From NCBI RefSeq assembly GCF_006345805.1, contig NW_021824836.1, positions 4,188 to 68,187 of the forward strand: a stretch of DNA of 64,000 nucleotides, written 5' to 3'. This DNA is from Octopus sinensis (taxonomy: Eukaryota). Made by a program: the position numbers and the translations under genes. The notes beneath the pieces were generated by a model. That model was not told where the DNA came from, did no database searches, and was given only the letters and a program-made list of their open reading frames with translations. Of the stretch, positions 1 to 13,380 are shown piece by piece (the first letter of the stretch is position 1; each line of letters starts with the position of its first letter).

Positions 1-260
1 GTATGCGATGATTGCAGTGCTGGCGGTAGTTGTAGTGGTGATATTGGTGGGTGGTTATAGTACTGACGATGGTTTTGATAACAAGGGTGATTGCGGTGGT
101 GATGGTGATCGGAGTGGTGTTAGTGGTTGTGGTGGTGATGATAGTTGTGGCGGTGATGGTGGTTGAAGTGGTGATGGTTGTCTTAATGATGGTTGTGGTG
201 GTTGTAGTGGTGATGCTTGTTGAGTGAGGTGGTAGTGGTAGTTTATTACGGCGCCAATGG
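1..260. repeat. Degenerate (GGT/GTT/GAT)n trinucleotide low-complexity tract
   Basis: Runs of ggt/gtt/gat triplets, seen directly. Confidence 0.8.
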
Positions 261-1311
261 GACGTGTTGGAGTAGTGTTGCGGCGGTAGTAGAAATGATT
301 GGTAGCAAGGATAGTGGTGATGGTGGTGACGGTTGTGGTAGTATTAAGATTTATCGGGGGCGGTGTATAGACGATTATGTGGTAATGCTTATAGAAACCA
401 GTGCGTGAGAATTAGTGGTATGAAGTGGTTAGAGGACACTTAGTAGGAAGGATCTGGGTTTACGAGAGCTTAATGTGGGAATTAGACCCATAAAAGTCGT
501 TTAGCAAGATGTTTAATTCAATTCCGTTAACATACAGTTGTCACCTCTCATTGGCAACGTCTTCAGGTTCTGGCATTAAAAACAAAACCCCGTTCGTGTT
601 TATCTCCCCTGATGAAAACCTGGCATACACAAATAGATGGCAGAGATTCATTCTTCTCTGATGAAGCTGTAGAAATAATTATTTCTGATTTAAGCACAAT
701 TCCAGCAATTTTGAAGGGAAGGGTTTAGTTGAAGTTATCGATCTCAATACTTGACTTGTACTTTATTTCATCGCTCCCGAAAGGATGAATTGTAAAGTCA
801 AGTATGGTGTCATTGAGAACCCAAAGAGCTAACGAGAGGCCCATGTATATATGACGGTGCCTCGCCCTAAAGAAATGAATGAATAAAAAAGGCCCTTTGA
901 ATTTTCAGAGGACCCGGCGTCGCACGTGGGGTTTAAAAACAGTCATGTGCTACTTTGCTAAATTTTTCTAAGAAGCACTGCACTCACACCCATATGAAAC
1001 ACGAAACACACAGCAAGTAACACTACTGAGTATTATATACATTACTTAGAACACATTCAATACAACAGTAAAAATATTATCACGAAACGAAATAAATAGC
1101 CCTCGTAATCACGGTACACAGAGCTGCCTTCTCTTGCGTAATGAATGCACGTGGTAACAATAAAGCTACCTTGAAAGAGCAAAAGGCGAAGTTGAACTCA
1201 GCGAGATTTGAACTCAAAGCTCAGAAAGTGAGGGCAAATGGCGCGTGGTTTCTCATCCAATGGTGTAACGACTCAGCCAATTTGCTGTTTATTTAGTCTC
1301 AGGTAGTAAAA

Positions 1312-1628
1312 GCGCGTACCTTAGTGGTTAAAATATTCAGCTCTCGATCGTAAGGTCGTGGGTTCGATTCCCGAAGGCACGCTGTACCCTTGAGCAAGAC
1401 ACTTCATTTCACGTTGCTCCTATCCACTCAACTATCAAAAATGAGTAGTACCTGTATTCCAAAGGGCCAGCCTTGTCATATTCTGTGTCACGCTGAATCT
1501 CCCTGAGAACTATGTCAAGGGTACGCACGTCTGTAGAGTTCACAGCTACTTGCACGTTAATTTTACGAGCAGGCAGTTTCGTTGATCGGATCAAATGCAA
1601 CTCTCGTCATCATGACCGACGGAGTGCC
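1312..1628 (+). mobile_element. tRNA-derived SINE: family-D-type head and CORE-like box with family-A-type 3' tail (diverged)
   Basis: A box (cttagtggttaa), B box (gggttcgattccc) and cccttgagcaagacactt box; the tail ...ctctcgtcatcatgaccgacggagtgcc is homologous to family-A tails at 16169-16550. Confidence 0.8.
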
Positions 1629-2245
1629 ACTTTTTGTCCCGGGTCAGTCATGACCGAGCAGAACTGCAAATCAAAGACGTACGAGTCACGATCAACTCGC
1701 ATTTTTTTTAAATTTTCACTTTGGAAAAGTGTATCCCAGACTAGTTAATCCAATGTCTTTTTTTTTTAAGATGGTAGATTAAACGTGGTATGAGGGAAAT
1801 TTGGACGCTATTTATAGCTTCAGACAATCGCACAGAGACTCTCGTTGGCTCACACAGATATATATAGCCATGGGTGTTTGCTTATCAAGAGGCTGGCCTT
1901 TTGTGTATGTTTTTCTGAATGTGTGTGTATGTATGTGTGTATGCGTGCGCGCACGTGATTGAAGTGAGACAAACTCCAAGCACACAGTGTACATGCTTCA
2001 GTCTCGCTCGATGTAATTCCCAAATCTTCCAATTCAGCGAACACAATGTTGTCATTGGTCAATCATTTTCTTATTTTTCATGGTGGTGACCACCTAAGAG
2101 TCACTTCAGGCATTATTTCTAGTAGTATCATGAGCATGTTGCCTACCTTAGCTCTAAAATGCTAAAATAATTTCCCATAAAAAGAAACTATAGTCTTATT
2201 TCTTGTATATATAACCATAACAAATCATGTTTGTGTCGCTCTGAT

Positions 2246-2627
2246 GGAAGCATCCGTCGGTTACGACGACGAGGGTTCCGGTTGATCCGAATCAACGGAA
2301 CAGCCTGCTCGTGAAATTAACGTGTAAGTGGCTGAGCACTCCACAGACACGTGTACCCTTAACGTAGTTCTCGGGGATATTCAGCGTGACACAGAGAGTG
2401 ACAAGGCCGGCCCTTTGAAATATAGGTACAACAGAAACAGGAAGTAAGAGTGAGAGAAAGTTGTGGTGAAAGAGTACAGCAGGGATCACCACCATCCCCT
2501 GCCGGAGCCTCGTGGAGCTTTTAGGTGTTTTCGCTCAATAAACACTCACAACGCCCGGTCTGGGAATCGAAACCGCGATCCTATGACCGCGAGTCCGCTG
2601 CCCTAACCACTGGGCCATTGCGCCTCC
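2246..2627 (-). mobile_element. Family-A tRNA-derived SINE, full length
   Basis: Reverse complement of the copies at 16169 and 57859. 12-bp TSD ttgtgtcgctct at 2231-2242 and 2635-2646. Confidence 0.92.
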
Positions 2628-3029
2628 ACTAGGATTGTGTCGCTCTACACGTACCTAAACATGCAATTCATTATTAAAGTAATTGTTATAAATGCAGCAG
2701 AAATTTTTCATAAATTCATAGGAGAAAAGATTTATGAATCCACTTTCATACTACAGATATTCAAAGCTTTGTTTACTTATTTACCAACTGTTGCAGTTTG
2801 CCAGGAAATAATGAATCAGCCATCGGCTTCAGATGAATGAATAAGGCAAATTCATATAATCTGATTGGACAATAACAGTGCAGAAAACTCCACTGTATGA
2901 TGAATCTAACTGGTTTCTATTATCAAATTTTTATGAATTACTAATCTGCTGCACTCTATCTCCCTAGCCGCGCACTCTCCCTTCCCCTTCCCTATCTCCC
3001 GCCGCTCACAAGCACACTTTCTCTCTTAT

Positions 3030-3112
3030 ATGTATGTTTGTGTGTGTGTGTGTGTTTGTGTGTATTTGCGTGTGTGTGTGTTTGTGTGTTTGTGTGTTTG
3101 TGTGTGTGTGTC

Positions 3113-3148
<36 letters not shown>

Positions 3149-3964
3149 TGTGTTGGTGTGTGTGTTTGTGTGTGTGTGTCTGTGTGTGTGGTGTTGTGTG
3201 TGTATTTGCGTGTGTGTGTGTGTGGTGTGTGTGTGTGTTTTGTGTGGTGTGTGTGTGTGTGTGGTGTGTGTGTGGTGTCTGTGTGTGTGTGTGTGTGTGT
3301 GTGAGTGTGTGTGTGTGTTGTGTGTTTGTGTGTGTTTGTGTTGTGTGTGTGTGTGTGTGTGGTGTGTGTGTGTTGTGTGTGGTGTGTTGTGTGTGTGTGT
3401 GTTTGTGTTGGTGTGTGTGTGTGTGTGTTTGTGTGTGTGTTATACCCGGATAGCAAGTCAAAAGGAGTGGCCGGCGCTTATAAAATAAGAAATATTGGCA
3501 AACTCTGGAAATAATCGTGCTGGTGGCATGAGTCATATCTGATGAGTCGGTTGTGAGATGAAGATAACATTGATATACGCTGTCGTCAGGTCGAATCCTA
3601 GCGAATCTTGCATATAAAAAATTTGTAAGCAAAATATGGAAAATGAAGTTGCATATTATTCAACATATTGAAAATAGTTTCTCTCTCTCGCTCACTCTCT
3701 CTCTCTCACTCTCCATCTCTCTTTCTCTCCCTTTCCTCTTTCTCTTCCTCTCTCTCTCTCACTCATTCCCTCTTTCTCTCCCTCTCTCCCTCTTTCTCTC
3801 CCTCTCTATTTTCTCTTTCTGTTTGTTTTGTTTTTATCTTCCCTCTCTTCCTTCCTCTCCATATTTCTTTAGAAAGTGTGTGTGTGTGTGTGTTGTGTGT
3901 GTTTGTGTGTGTGTGTGTCTGTGTGTGTGTGTGAGTGTGTGTATGTGTGTGTGTGTGTGTGTGT

Positions 3965-4000
<36 letters not shown>
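3030..4000. repeat. (GT)n and (CT)n microsatellite cluster
   Basis: Imperfect GT runs at 3030-3440 and 3876-4000; CT run at 3680-3830. Confidence 0.95.
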
Positions 4001-4424
4001 TGTTTGCAAGAAACGTAACGGGTTAAAACTAAAGACAGCAAAGTATTTTGTCTGGCACTGCACCGATTCTGTCGATCCACCGCCCTTGATGACATGAAAT
4101 AATCTCAAACATATTGCTCAACGTCACAGGTTTTAATGTTTCCAAATATACACAACTGCAGCATTTTGCTGGCTGATCGACTCCACAATGAAGAAAGTCT
4201 AAATCGACTCTGTCGGCATTGGATCTCAACGTTATGGGAAATCTTACTTACGTAAGGCGCTGCTATGGTATCGAACCTGAAACAATATTGTTTCGAAGGG
4301 AATTTCTCAATCTCTCAGATATGCCTACAACAAGTAATATGAAATGGCATTTTGTCTGTCATCCACCACAACTTCATATAGGGTTATAGACGTTGGTATT
4401 CCTTTGGCTAAACCATATAGGTAG

Positions 4425-5060
4425 GTATGTATGTATGTATGTATGTATGTATGTATGTATGTATGTATGTATGTATGTATGTATGTATGTATGTAGTATG
4501 TATGTATGTATGTATGTATGTGTGTATGTATGTTGTATGTATGTATGTATGTATGTATGTATGTATGTATGTATGTAGTATGTATGCATGCATGCATGTA
4601 TGTATGTTGTATGTATGTATGTATGTATGTATGTATTATGTATGTATGTATGTATGCATGCATGTATGCATGCATGCATGTATGTATGTATGTATGTATG
4701 TATGTATGTATGTATGTATGTATGTATGTATGCATGTATGTATGTATGTATGTATGTATGTATGTATGTATGTATGTATGTATGTATACTGTTCTGTTTT
4801 AGAAAATTCGACAAAAAAGTAGTCTATTTGGTGAGAGACAATAAATGTCTTTAAGAGCTACTAATAGTTCTATATGTTGAGAAGTATGTATGTATGTATG
4901 TATGTATGTATGTATGTATGTATGTATGTATGCATGTATGTATGTATGCATGTATGTATGTATGTATGTATGTATGTATGTATGTATGTATGCATGTATG
5001 TATGTATGTATGTATGTATGTATGTATGTATGTTTGTGTGTGTATATGTGTGTATGTGTG

Positions 5061-5140
<80 letters not shown>
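4425..5140. repeat. (TATG)n, (TA)n and (TG)n microsatellites
   Basis: Direct reading; source of the MYVC/HTYI pseudo-ORFs. Confidence 0.95.
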
Positions 5141-5145
<5 letters not shown>

Positions 5146-5244
5146 TCCAAAAAAGAGGAAAAACACAATTAAAAAACAACAACCCCAGGACATGGTACAT
5201 GCAAAGTATTAGCAGACGTTCATAGAAGGAAAGAAAAGTAGTTT

Positions 5245-5271
5245 TACGTTTCGTGCAAAGCCCTTCATCAG
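5245..5271 (-). ncRNA. Minimal type-I hammerhead ribozyme motif
   Basis: The minus strand reads uuu CUGAUGA A GGGC uuu GCAC GAA ACGU A aaa: conserved core, short stem II with one mismatch, palindromic ACGU stem III, GUA cleavage triplet. Confidence 0.6.
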
Positions 5272-5401
5272 AAAGAGGAGACGGAGGAAAGTCCAAGAGA
5301 AAAGGAAGACGTATAAATACGTATAGAAATATTTACCATGATAGATCGCTAGCCACTGCACATTCTTTATTTTCTCTCCTTATTTCTTTCTGTATTCCTT
5401 T

Positions 5402-5429
5402 CTGTAGAAGTGCGTAGGCTCGAAACGTT
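5402..5429 (+). ncRNA. Degenerate minimal hammerhead motif (copy 1)
   Basis: CUGUAGAA GUGC guag GCUC GAA ACGU U aaag; the core deviates from CUGANGA. Confidence 0.35.
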
Positions 5430-5524
5430 AAAGACATTTTCACTTCCCGAGCGTTATACTAAAACATCTGTTTGTTGTCTACACCACCTGTGTTCGTCTT
5501 TTTGTTTTTTGTGAATTCTCCCTG

Positions 5525-5619
<95 letters not shown>

Positions 5620-5652
5620 ATATATTCCTTGTTTCTTTCTGTGTTCCTTTCT

Positions 5653-5678
5653 CTGAAAGAGCGTAGGCTCGAAACGTT
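5653..5678 (+). ncRNA. Degenerate minimal hammerhead motif (copy 2)
   Basis: CUGAAA GAGC guag GCUC GAA ACGU U aaag; perfect 4-bp stem II, core shortened. Confidence 0.35.
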
Positions 5679-5809
5679 AAAGACATTTTCACTTCCCGAG
5701 CGTTATACTAAAACATCTGTTTGTTGTCTACACCACCTGTGTTCGTCTTTTTTTTCCTAAATTCTCCCTATATATATATATATATATATTTATATACAAA
5801 CACAAACAA

Positions 5810-5906
<97 letters not shown>

Positions 5907-6549
5907 TTGATGATGCAAACAGGGAAACAGTACACAAAATATGAATAGATGTATGTTTTTTTTTTCGTAATATTTAGAAGCAACAGAGTGACTCAAGAAC
6001 CAAGATGGTCCCAAGCGCAAGCAAAAGATTCCCAAAATGTCCAATGCCTTTTCCTGAATACCCGGTATAACAGGACGACGTTCTATAAACATACATACGT
6101 GCATGCGCGCGTGCACACGCACACCCACATATACACGCGCGCACACAAGCATGCACGCACAGACACACACGCGCGAGCACACACATAAATTAGCATATAA
6201 ATGTACTTTCTTCGCGATTTTAAGCTCACACTCACAGGTACAGTATTGTCGGATGGTTGACAAGTTCTCTTCACAGCCATAAGGTCCCGATTCGATCCAT
6301 CTTGGGCAAATTTCATCATGTATAGTTTTTTTAATGAAATTGTATAGAAGACCATCAGATGATTTGCACCTGCAATTCAAAAGGTGCAGTCTTGTCACTC
6401 AGTGAGTCATGTTGATCCTGCCTGGTAATTACGTTGAAGACACTCATCATTGTGGAATGCTCAGCTACTTAAAAGCTAATTAAGCGAGGCAGGTAACACA
6501 GTTGATCAAACAGCTAAATCCTCATCGTCGAATGACGGAAATCCACCAT

Positions 6550-6554
6550 GAGCG

Positions 6555-6618
<64 letters not shown>

Positions 6619-6801
6619 TTGTCTATCTGTCTGTCTGTCTGTCTGTCTATCTGTCTGTCTATCTGTCTGTCTGTCTGTCTGTCTATTGGCTTATCTTTTT
6701 AACTATTTATCTGTCTGCCTCTCTGTCTATCTGTCTGCCTATCTCTCTATCTTTCATAGACAAACAAACGGTCAGGCAGACAGACAGACAGACAAATGAA
6801 T

Positions 6802-6892
<91 letters not shown>

Positions 6893-6960
6893 ATAGATAG
6901 ATGGACAGACAGATAGTTCTATCAGTCTATTTATCTGTCTGTCTGTCTGTCTATCAGTCT
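6550..6960. repeat. (TCTA/TCTG)n followed by inverted (GATA/GACA)n microsatellites
   Basis: Direct reading; the two blocks are mutually complementary. Confidence 0.9.
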
Positions 6961-8134
6961 GTCTGCTGTCTTTTAAGTTGACCCTATTATTTTTTTAGTA
7001 TATGCTTCATTAACCAAGGAGGAACGAAATATAATTTCATACCAGAAATATAGAAGCGCATGAACTTGAGACGCGTCAAATTTAAAATGCATCTACACAT
7101 GTCAGTTTTAATTCAACGCAAGCTAAAGTTAATGTGTCATTTGGACTAAAGAAACAACAAACATTTACAAATATCAAACAAGTATCATCACCAAAAATAA
7201 CGTCTGCACCAGAGAGGATTGATACTAGGGTAGTAAAGGCAGAAACGGCCTTCAGAATTCCCTTTAGAGTCCTCTAAAGATATCCGGAAAGTGCATTGGC
7301 ATGGTATGTTAGATCTCTGAGGTTAAAAAAAAAATAGAACCCTCAGATATGCACAAGTAGGGTTAGGTTGGCGGAGCATCAAATCAATTTATATTATAAT
7401 AAGAGCAGTGTTCTTCACCCCATCCGCTCGTGTCTGTCACGCGCTATTTCAATGATCTCATAAAACAAAACCTTATTTTTTTTTGTAGAATTTGAGAAAT
7501 GTTCTTTTATGATGTCATTTCAATCATGATTTTCCAATACAGAAAATAAAAGGAAGGTATTATTATATTTGATATATTTTCATTTGCTCTGTGTTTCGTC
7601 TGAAAATTTCGATCCATTTCTATTATGACGTAATAATTTGCCGATTTCCCTTATAAATATGCATGCGGTTAATAATTTTCGAGTAATTTTTTTTGGAGAA
7701 AAGAAATAAAAAGAAAATTTTTTTCCATTTATTCATTGAATTCACATATGTAACATAAAGAAAAATCAGTTTTGTTTCATTCTTTGGTCATAATTCTTTT
7801 TTCTTAACATGCCACCGAAAAAATAGCCATATGCAAGTAAAAGATCAAGGACAGGGAGACTGGAAGTATTAGAAAGGCAATAAAAATAGCGATAGATTTA
7901 CTAAAGCTCTCAATCAGTAAAACAGTTGATTCTACTGCAAACTTATTTTGATCTATTTATAAAATTTGAGGCTACATATTTTTGAGATGAACAAACAATT
8001 TTACAAAAATATTCTTCTCATTAAAATGGACAATTCTGTTGGTCTTAAGGTAATTTATTACTTTCCACTTAAATATTCGCTGATAAACAACAATTGTTGA
8101 AATTTAAATAGCAAAAAAGTGGAAACGTTCAATA

Positions 8135-8533
8135 TCTTTATATATAAAAGAGAGGTTGTATGTCTGTCTCCTACGATTTAGATTCCTAACTACTCCCACA
8201 TTTTGCGGTGCAGTTTAACCAAAACCGGGTATCTTATAGTCGTGATTCATATCGAGCCCTTCTGGGTATTAGCGCGCGTCTACGATGAGTCTACGATTTA
8301 AAAAAAAAATTTACCATAATTTTTTTCCATTTTAATGCATTTTTTCGCTATTATATAAGGGAAGTAACTCTCTAAAAATGTCTACGATGAGTCAACGATT
8401 AAAAAAAAAATTTACCATCATATTTTTTCCATTTTTAATGCATTTTTTTGCTATTTTTTTGCTATAACTCTCTAAAAATGCTTATATAGTTATTTCCCTT
8501 ACAAACCCGAGCAACGCCGGGCGATACTGCTAG
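8135..8533 (+). mobile_element. Non-autonomous Helitron (~399 bp)
   Basis: A|TC 5' end (tctttatatataaaa), 3' hairpin cccgagcaacgccggg, CTAG|T 3' end. Second copy at 23119-23516. Confidence 0.88.
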
Positions 8534-10061
8534 TTATGAATAAAAATAACTCATTGAAACTTATCATTTACCACTCTGTTTATGTATGAGAATGTTTTGG
8601 CTAAGATATTTCACTGAAATGTTACGTTAATACTGTGGATATAATTGTTAGGCAAACCAATCCTTCTAACATTCATCTGCCATAGTTGTTACTTAGTATA
8701 CACTCACAAATTCACAAATGTGAAAGCCTTTATGTGGCTACGCAATTGCTAGAAATAGCAACTAAATCTTCTTTATCTGCTATCTAGCCAGAATGATACA
8801 TAACGGTGAAAATAGTACCTTGCCTTAGAATGATGTTTATGGAGAACTCATGTTAGAAAATGTAAATATTGTTCAATGTATGTATATTCTATCTAAAAAA
8901 ATGTTTAATATTTTTGAAAATGAAGTCTTTACTTAGTATTAAAAAATTTTTAAGAGTTCATTGTGGAAAACAACATAATAGAATACCTTTGAAAATGGAG
9001 TCTTTAGTTTATATTAAAAGGTAATTTAAAAGCTCACTGAGGAAAACAGCCATATAATATATTTTCCAAAATGAAGTCTTTAGTTAATTTCAAAAGGTTA
9101 ATGAGTTCACGGAGCAAAACAACCTAAATTTCTATCATTTACCCGATTATAAAGCGCCTAATATAACATCTAATCTGTTTCTTTTTAAATGAAAATGATA
9201 ATAACTTTTTTAATTCTTTTTCAGATTTTTCCCATTTAAACTGATTATATCATTAAAAGTCGTATTTTAAATCCGCAAATAATTTCAGTTAAAATTTTGA
9301 CCTTTTGCCATTGACAAAGCGAATAGTATCGAACTAGTGCTCCTAATGTGTAAGAATTGAGACACAAGAAAGTCTGCCTAGCATCTCTAAACGGAGAAAG
9401 CTTTACCCCGGCCACAGACGTCGGAAAGCAATCGGTTGTGCTAATACAAAAGGCTTTGAAAGGAAAAAATAAAGATAACCGGAAAGGAGGAAAATGGCTC
9501 GGTTAAAAGGTTATTGAACATGTTAAACATATAACTCAATACAACTGGAACATTTGCTTGATAAGGGACAGAAACGGATAGTGTACCATATAAAAGAGGA
9601 TGGGTCTGTTTGAACAAAGCAAATTAAAATTTTTTTCGCTGCTTTCGTGGATTTCCATGACTCTGTCGCCATCCAATTCCATTATTATGAATTCGAATTG
9701 GGAGTTTGAGTCACAGTGAATCTTTCATTAGCTGAATACACAATCATGGATTCCACCCCTATGGATGCGTTGCAGTTACTCTCTTAAGAGCTTGGTGATC
9801 CTGACCGTTGATCTAGGATTTCTTCGCTCAGCGTCAATGGAAGAAGCAACGTTGGCTCATTTGAGTTCTTCCGCTATCTCTTCACGATCAGCCATACTGC
9901 AGTCCCATGACTTCGCTGCATTTCTGGCAGGGTGGCTGAACGGAAGACATATCTTACCAAAGGGCAGCCGTAACTATGCAGTTGGTGTTAAACAGTGGCG
10001 TGCGAGACTTGTGGACCGCACCGGACGGCCACTTACATGCGTTTACTGTAGTCAAAGATAT

Positions 10062-11183
10062 TGTTGTGAGTTCAACTTAAGGACAGTTGGTTGCGACCTA
10101 CTTTGGCATAAACCGATTGTTCTGTCGGATTCACGAAGGAGTAATGAGCTTTTAGGGGACATTTGGCCTTGTGCCGGTCAGGGAAAGTTCGTTGTAAACA
10201 CCCCTTAAAAGGGAGGAACTTTGAGCTGTAAACACAGTCGGCCGGAAGTCGAGGACAGAGCAAGTTGTTTCTGCTGTGAGAGATGAAAAGGCAGTTGAGA
10301 GTTCCAGCCGAGAGATTGGGGTAGTAACATGCCAGAAGGAAGCACAGAGAAAGACAGACACACAGTCATGAGAGATAGTGACAGGACAGTGTTGAGAACG
10401 ACAGGAGACAGTGAGGGGATGAGGGGCTGAGGAAGACATACACAGAGGATTAAGCAGCTAATAGAGATGGACTACAGTGTGAGGCATTGGCTGTTGTACG
10501 GTATATGTTTAATTGTGTTGATATGTGAATTATATAAAGAGACTATAACGAACTGTTACAGAAGTGAGTAAAGGACTTGTTGATGTGTTAATGAATTAAT
10601 GTGAAAAGAAATGAGACAGTAAAAAGACATTTTGAATTAAGGAAAGAAAAAAAAGTGTTGTTGAATTGTATTGATACGTGTTACAAAAAAAAGAAGGAAA
10701 AAGACAAGAAAAGAACTATGAACTGTATCGTTAATGTGTACGTTAATTGAACATTGATTTGTAACGTGAACTTATTTGTCTATGAACATTGTATAATGCA
10801 TTGATGGTTTGAGTCGACGTGTATATTGTATCTGCATATTTAAATGCTTTGATCTGTTGTATACCTGTTTCTTGATTTGTTGTTTTCTTTAAATGCTGTT
10901 GTTATATTGCATCTGCATGCTGTTGATTCTGTTGCTTGTACTTACCTTGATTTACCTGATGTATCACATTGTATTTGTTGTAATAGTCATATAAACTAGT
11001 AGGTTAAATGTAAGCCGATTGCCTCTGTGTCTCTTCCTGATGCTGTTGTTGTTGTTGTTGTGTCTCTCCTCTCAGGGTTCCGTGCCGAACATCACCGATC
11101 GATCGAGCCTGGTCAATCGTCGTCGCTCGACTTGTTGGGATCCCGGGTTCGAGTTTGAGCGACGGCAGGTGGGATTCCTAACA
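10062..11183 (+). mobile_element. Solo LTR (1122 bp), Gypsy-like
   Basis: TGTT...AACA termini with a 4-bp TSD ATAT at 10058-10061 and 11184-11187. The 3' end has a tRNA-like cgggttcgag motif. No second LTR or internal ORF. Orientation is inferred. Confidence 0.72.
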
Positions 11184-11454
11184 ATATGTTACATTTAGGA
11201 AGAGGATGTTAAAATGCTGTGTCACTGGGGTTGAAATACAGCGTCCACAGGAAAGAACCACTTAACTTTCTCCAGACTTACTTTCACTTTCCGTCTTGTC
11301 ACTCATATAGTATCAACCACATCCCATCCCGGGTCCCGCACTAACCAATTATTCAATCTTGCTTCATCTGAGCCACGGCTCTTTGGAATTCTATACGTAC
11401 ATACATACATACATACATACATACATACATACATACATACATACATACATACAC

Positions 11455-11562
11455 GTGAGATGAAGTGTTTGCTCAAGAACAGAACCCATCACCCGGCCAA
11501 GGAATTGAAACCACGATATCGTGATGGTGAGTTCAACACTCTAACCACTAGGTCATGCGCCC
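11455..11562 (-). mobile_element. Family-D SINE 5' fragment
   Basis: Reverse complement of ggcgcatgacctagtggttagagtg...ttcttgagcaaacact; homologous to 58852. Confidence 0.7.
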
Positions 11563-11564
11563 CC

Positions 11565-11635
<71 letters not shown>

Positions 11636-11650
11636 TATATATATATATAT

Positions 11651-11899
11651 AAATAATTGCAGCGTGGAAGGTGTTTATAAGCCATTTAAGAAGCAGACAA
11701 AAACCGTTAGATTCATTTCAACATTTAAATTTAATTTGTTCACTGCTGAGATGCAGCACGGATTTTTGTCAGTGAACAGGTCGCGGTCTCAAAGCGACGA
11801 AAATATTTTGACAATTTAAATTTAAATGTTGAAGTGAATCTAATGAATTTTGTGTGTTTCTTAAATGGCTTATAAACACCTTCCGCGCTGCAATTGTTT
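11651..11899. mobile_element. MITE-like palindromic element (~250 bp, ~80-bp imperfect TIRs)
   Basis: aattgcagcgtggaaggtgtttataagccatttaagaa... is inverted as ...ttcttaaatggcttataaacaccttccgcgctgcaatt; internal gttcactg/cagtgaac hairpin. Confidence 0.8.
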
Positions 11900-11955
11900 T
11901 CGTTCCAGCACACGATCTCAGATCAGGTCACTTGCTATGCAAGTACATCTCCGTA

Positions 11956-12028
<73 letters not shown>

Positions 12029-12914
12029 TATATATACACACATACATATATATGTATGTGTATATATAAATATACACATAGATACATACATACATACATA
12101 CATACATACATACATACATACATTCATACATATACATACATACGCATACACACGCACATACACACACACACATATAGATATATGTATGTCATTATTCAGT
12201 TTTATTTCAAAATGTCTTGTCAATAGAGAAAGAGCCGGTTTCTAACTTAGATCCAAGCTCCTGCGTTGGAATTTCAACATCAACAACAGGTATTTTTGTA
12301 TGTATGTATGTATGTATGTATGTATGTATGTATGTATGTATGTATGTATGTACGCATGTATGTATTATGTATGAATGTATGTTATGTATGTACGTATGTA
12401 TATATGTACACGACAGGTTTTCACTCAGTTTCTGTCTACCAAATTCACTTTAAAAAGAACCCCACAGCCTCTATCCAACATAAGCCTATCAATGCAAACC
12501 TATATAGAACAGCCAGTTATATGAACGTAAGCTGTCTATTGGTGAGAGATATCGGATAAGAAGTGTTATTGGCACAGTTAGCGTATTGCACTGGCTAAAC
12601 GAAACAACTTATAAGTTAGATAAAAAAAAAAAAAAACCCTATTATAAAAGCACTCTTTATACTCATAAATATGTCTTGCCACAACTGCAAAGCATTGATA
12701 AACATTTTACATTCCTTTATGTATTTCAAATGAAATAGAGTTTCAATTTGGAGATTGTAGTAAATAAAATAACTGCCCGTGGCTGATGTTTAGAAAGTAT
12801 TTGACAAGTAATATCGTTCGGGTTATGTTTAGAAAATAACTAATGAGTGGAGCAAGTGAAAGTTAAATTGTGACAGAAGGTTTTAATTGAAATATGAAAA
12901 ACTTGAAAAAAAAG

Positions 12915-13378
12915 TGTCTGTGTGTGTCTGTGTCTGTGTGTGTCTGTGTTCCCCCCTTCGCCATCGCCTGACAACCTATTTCTGTATTACCCACAAGGGG
13001 CTAAACATAGAGGGGACAAACAAGGACAGACATAGGTATTAAGTCGATTACATCGACCCCAGTGCGTAACTGGTACTTAATTTATCGACCCCGGAAGGAT
13101 GAAAGGCAAAGTCGACCTCGGCGGAATTTGAACTCAGAACGTAACGGCAGACGAAATACGGCTAAGCATTTCGCCCGGCGTGCTAACGTTTCTGCCAGAC
13201 AACCGATGCTAGTGTGTTCATGTCCCCGTAACTTAACGGTTTGGTAAAAGAAACCGATAGAATAAGTACTAGGCTTACAAAGAATAATTCCTGGGGTCGA
13301 TTTCTTCGACCAAAACCCTTTAGGGCGGTGCTCCAGCATGGCCGCAGTCAAACGACTGAAAAAAAAGAATAAAAAATA
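12915..13378 (+). mobile_element. Family-C SINE 3' half interrupted by a family-B SINE
   Basis: C-type body gacaaccgatgc...ggcggtgctccagcatggccgcagtc, split at gacaacc, which is duplicated around the B insert. Confidence 0.8.
12977..13198 (-). mobile_element. Family-B tRNA-derived SINE monomer (Deu/Nin-like central domain), nested
   Basis: Reverse complement of the B consensus; 7-bp TSD gacaacc. Confidence 0.88.
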
Positions 13379-13380
13379 TA

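Larger units (their letters stand above)
5200..5770. mobile_element. Non-autonomous Penelope-like (pLTR-type) remnant with a ~140-bp direct repeat and hammerhead-like motifs
   Basis: 5383-5523 is repeated at about 5627-5769, each copy ending aattctccct plus (TA)n. Opposite-strand HHR motif at 5245-5271. Penelope assignment is inferred from the minimal-HHR architecture. Confidence 0.55.

Noticed and set aside
520-575. Minus-strand hammerhead-like CUGAAGA-C-GUUGCC/GGUGAC
   Set aside because: GAAA is missing after stem II and there is no convincing stem I or III; at most a dead remnant.
4130-4250. Exon-like segment VLMFPNIHNCSILLADRLHNEESLNRLCRHWI
   Set aside because: The donor is good but the polypyrimidine tract is poor and the peptide is unrecognised; too weak to list. 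The same applies to 12465-12523, 37225-37397 and 59575-59680.
6006-6020. ggtcccaagc, twister-like core
   Set aside because: The upstream UAA cleavage loop and pseudoknot partners are absent.
9765-10208. 147-aa plus-strand ORF
   Set aside because: It crosses the solo-LTR boundary at 10062 and has no recognisable motif.
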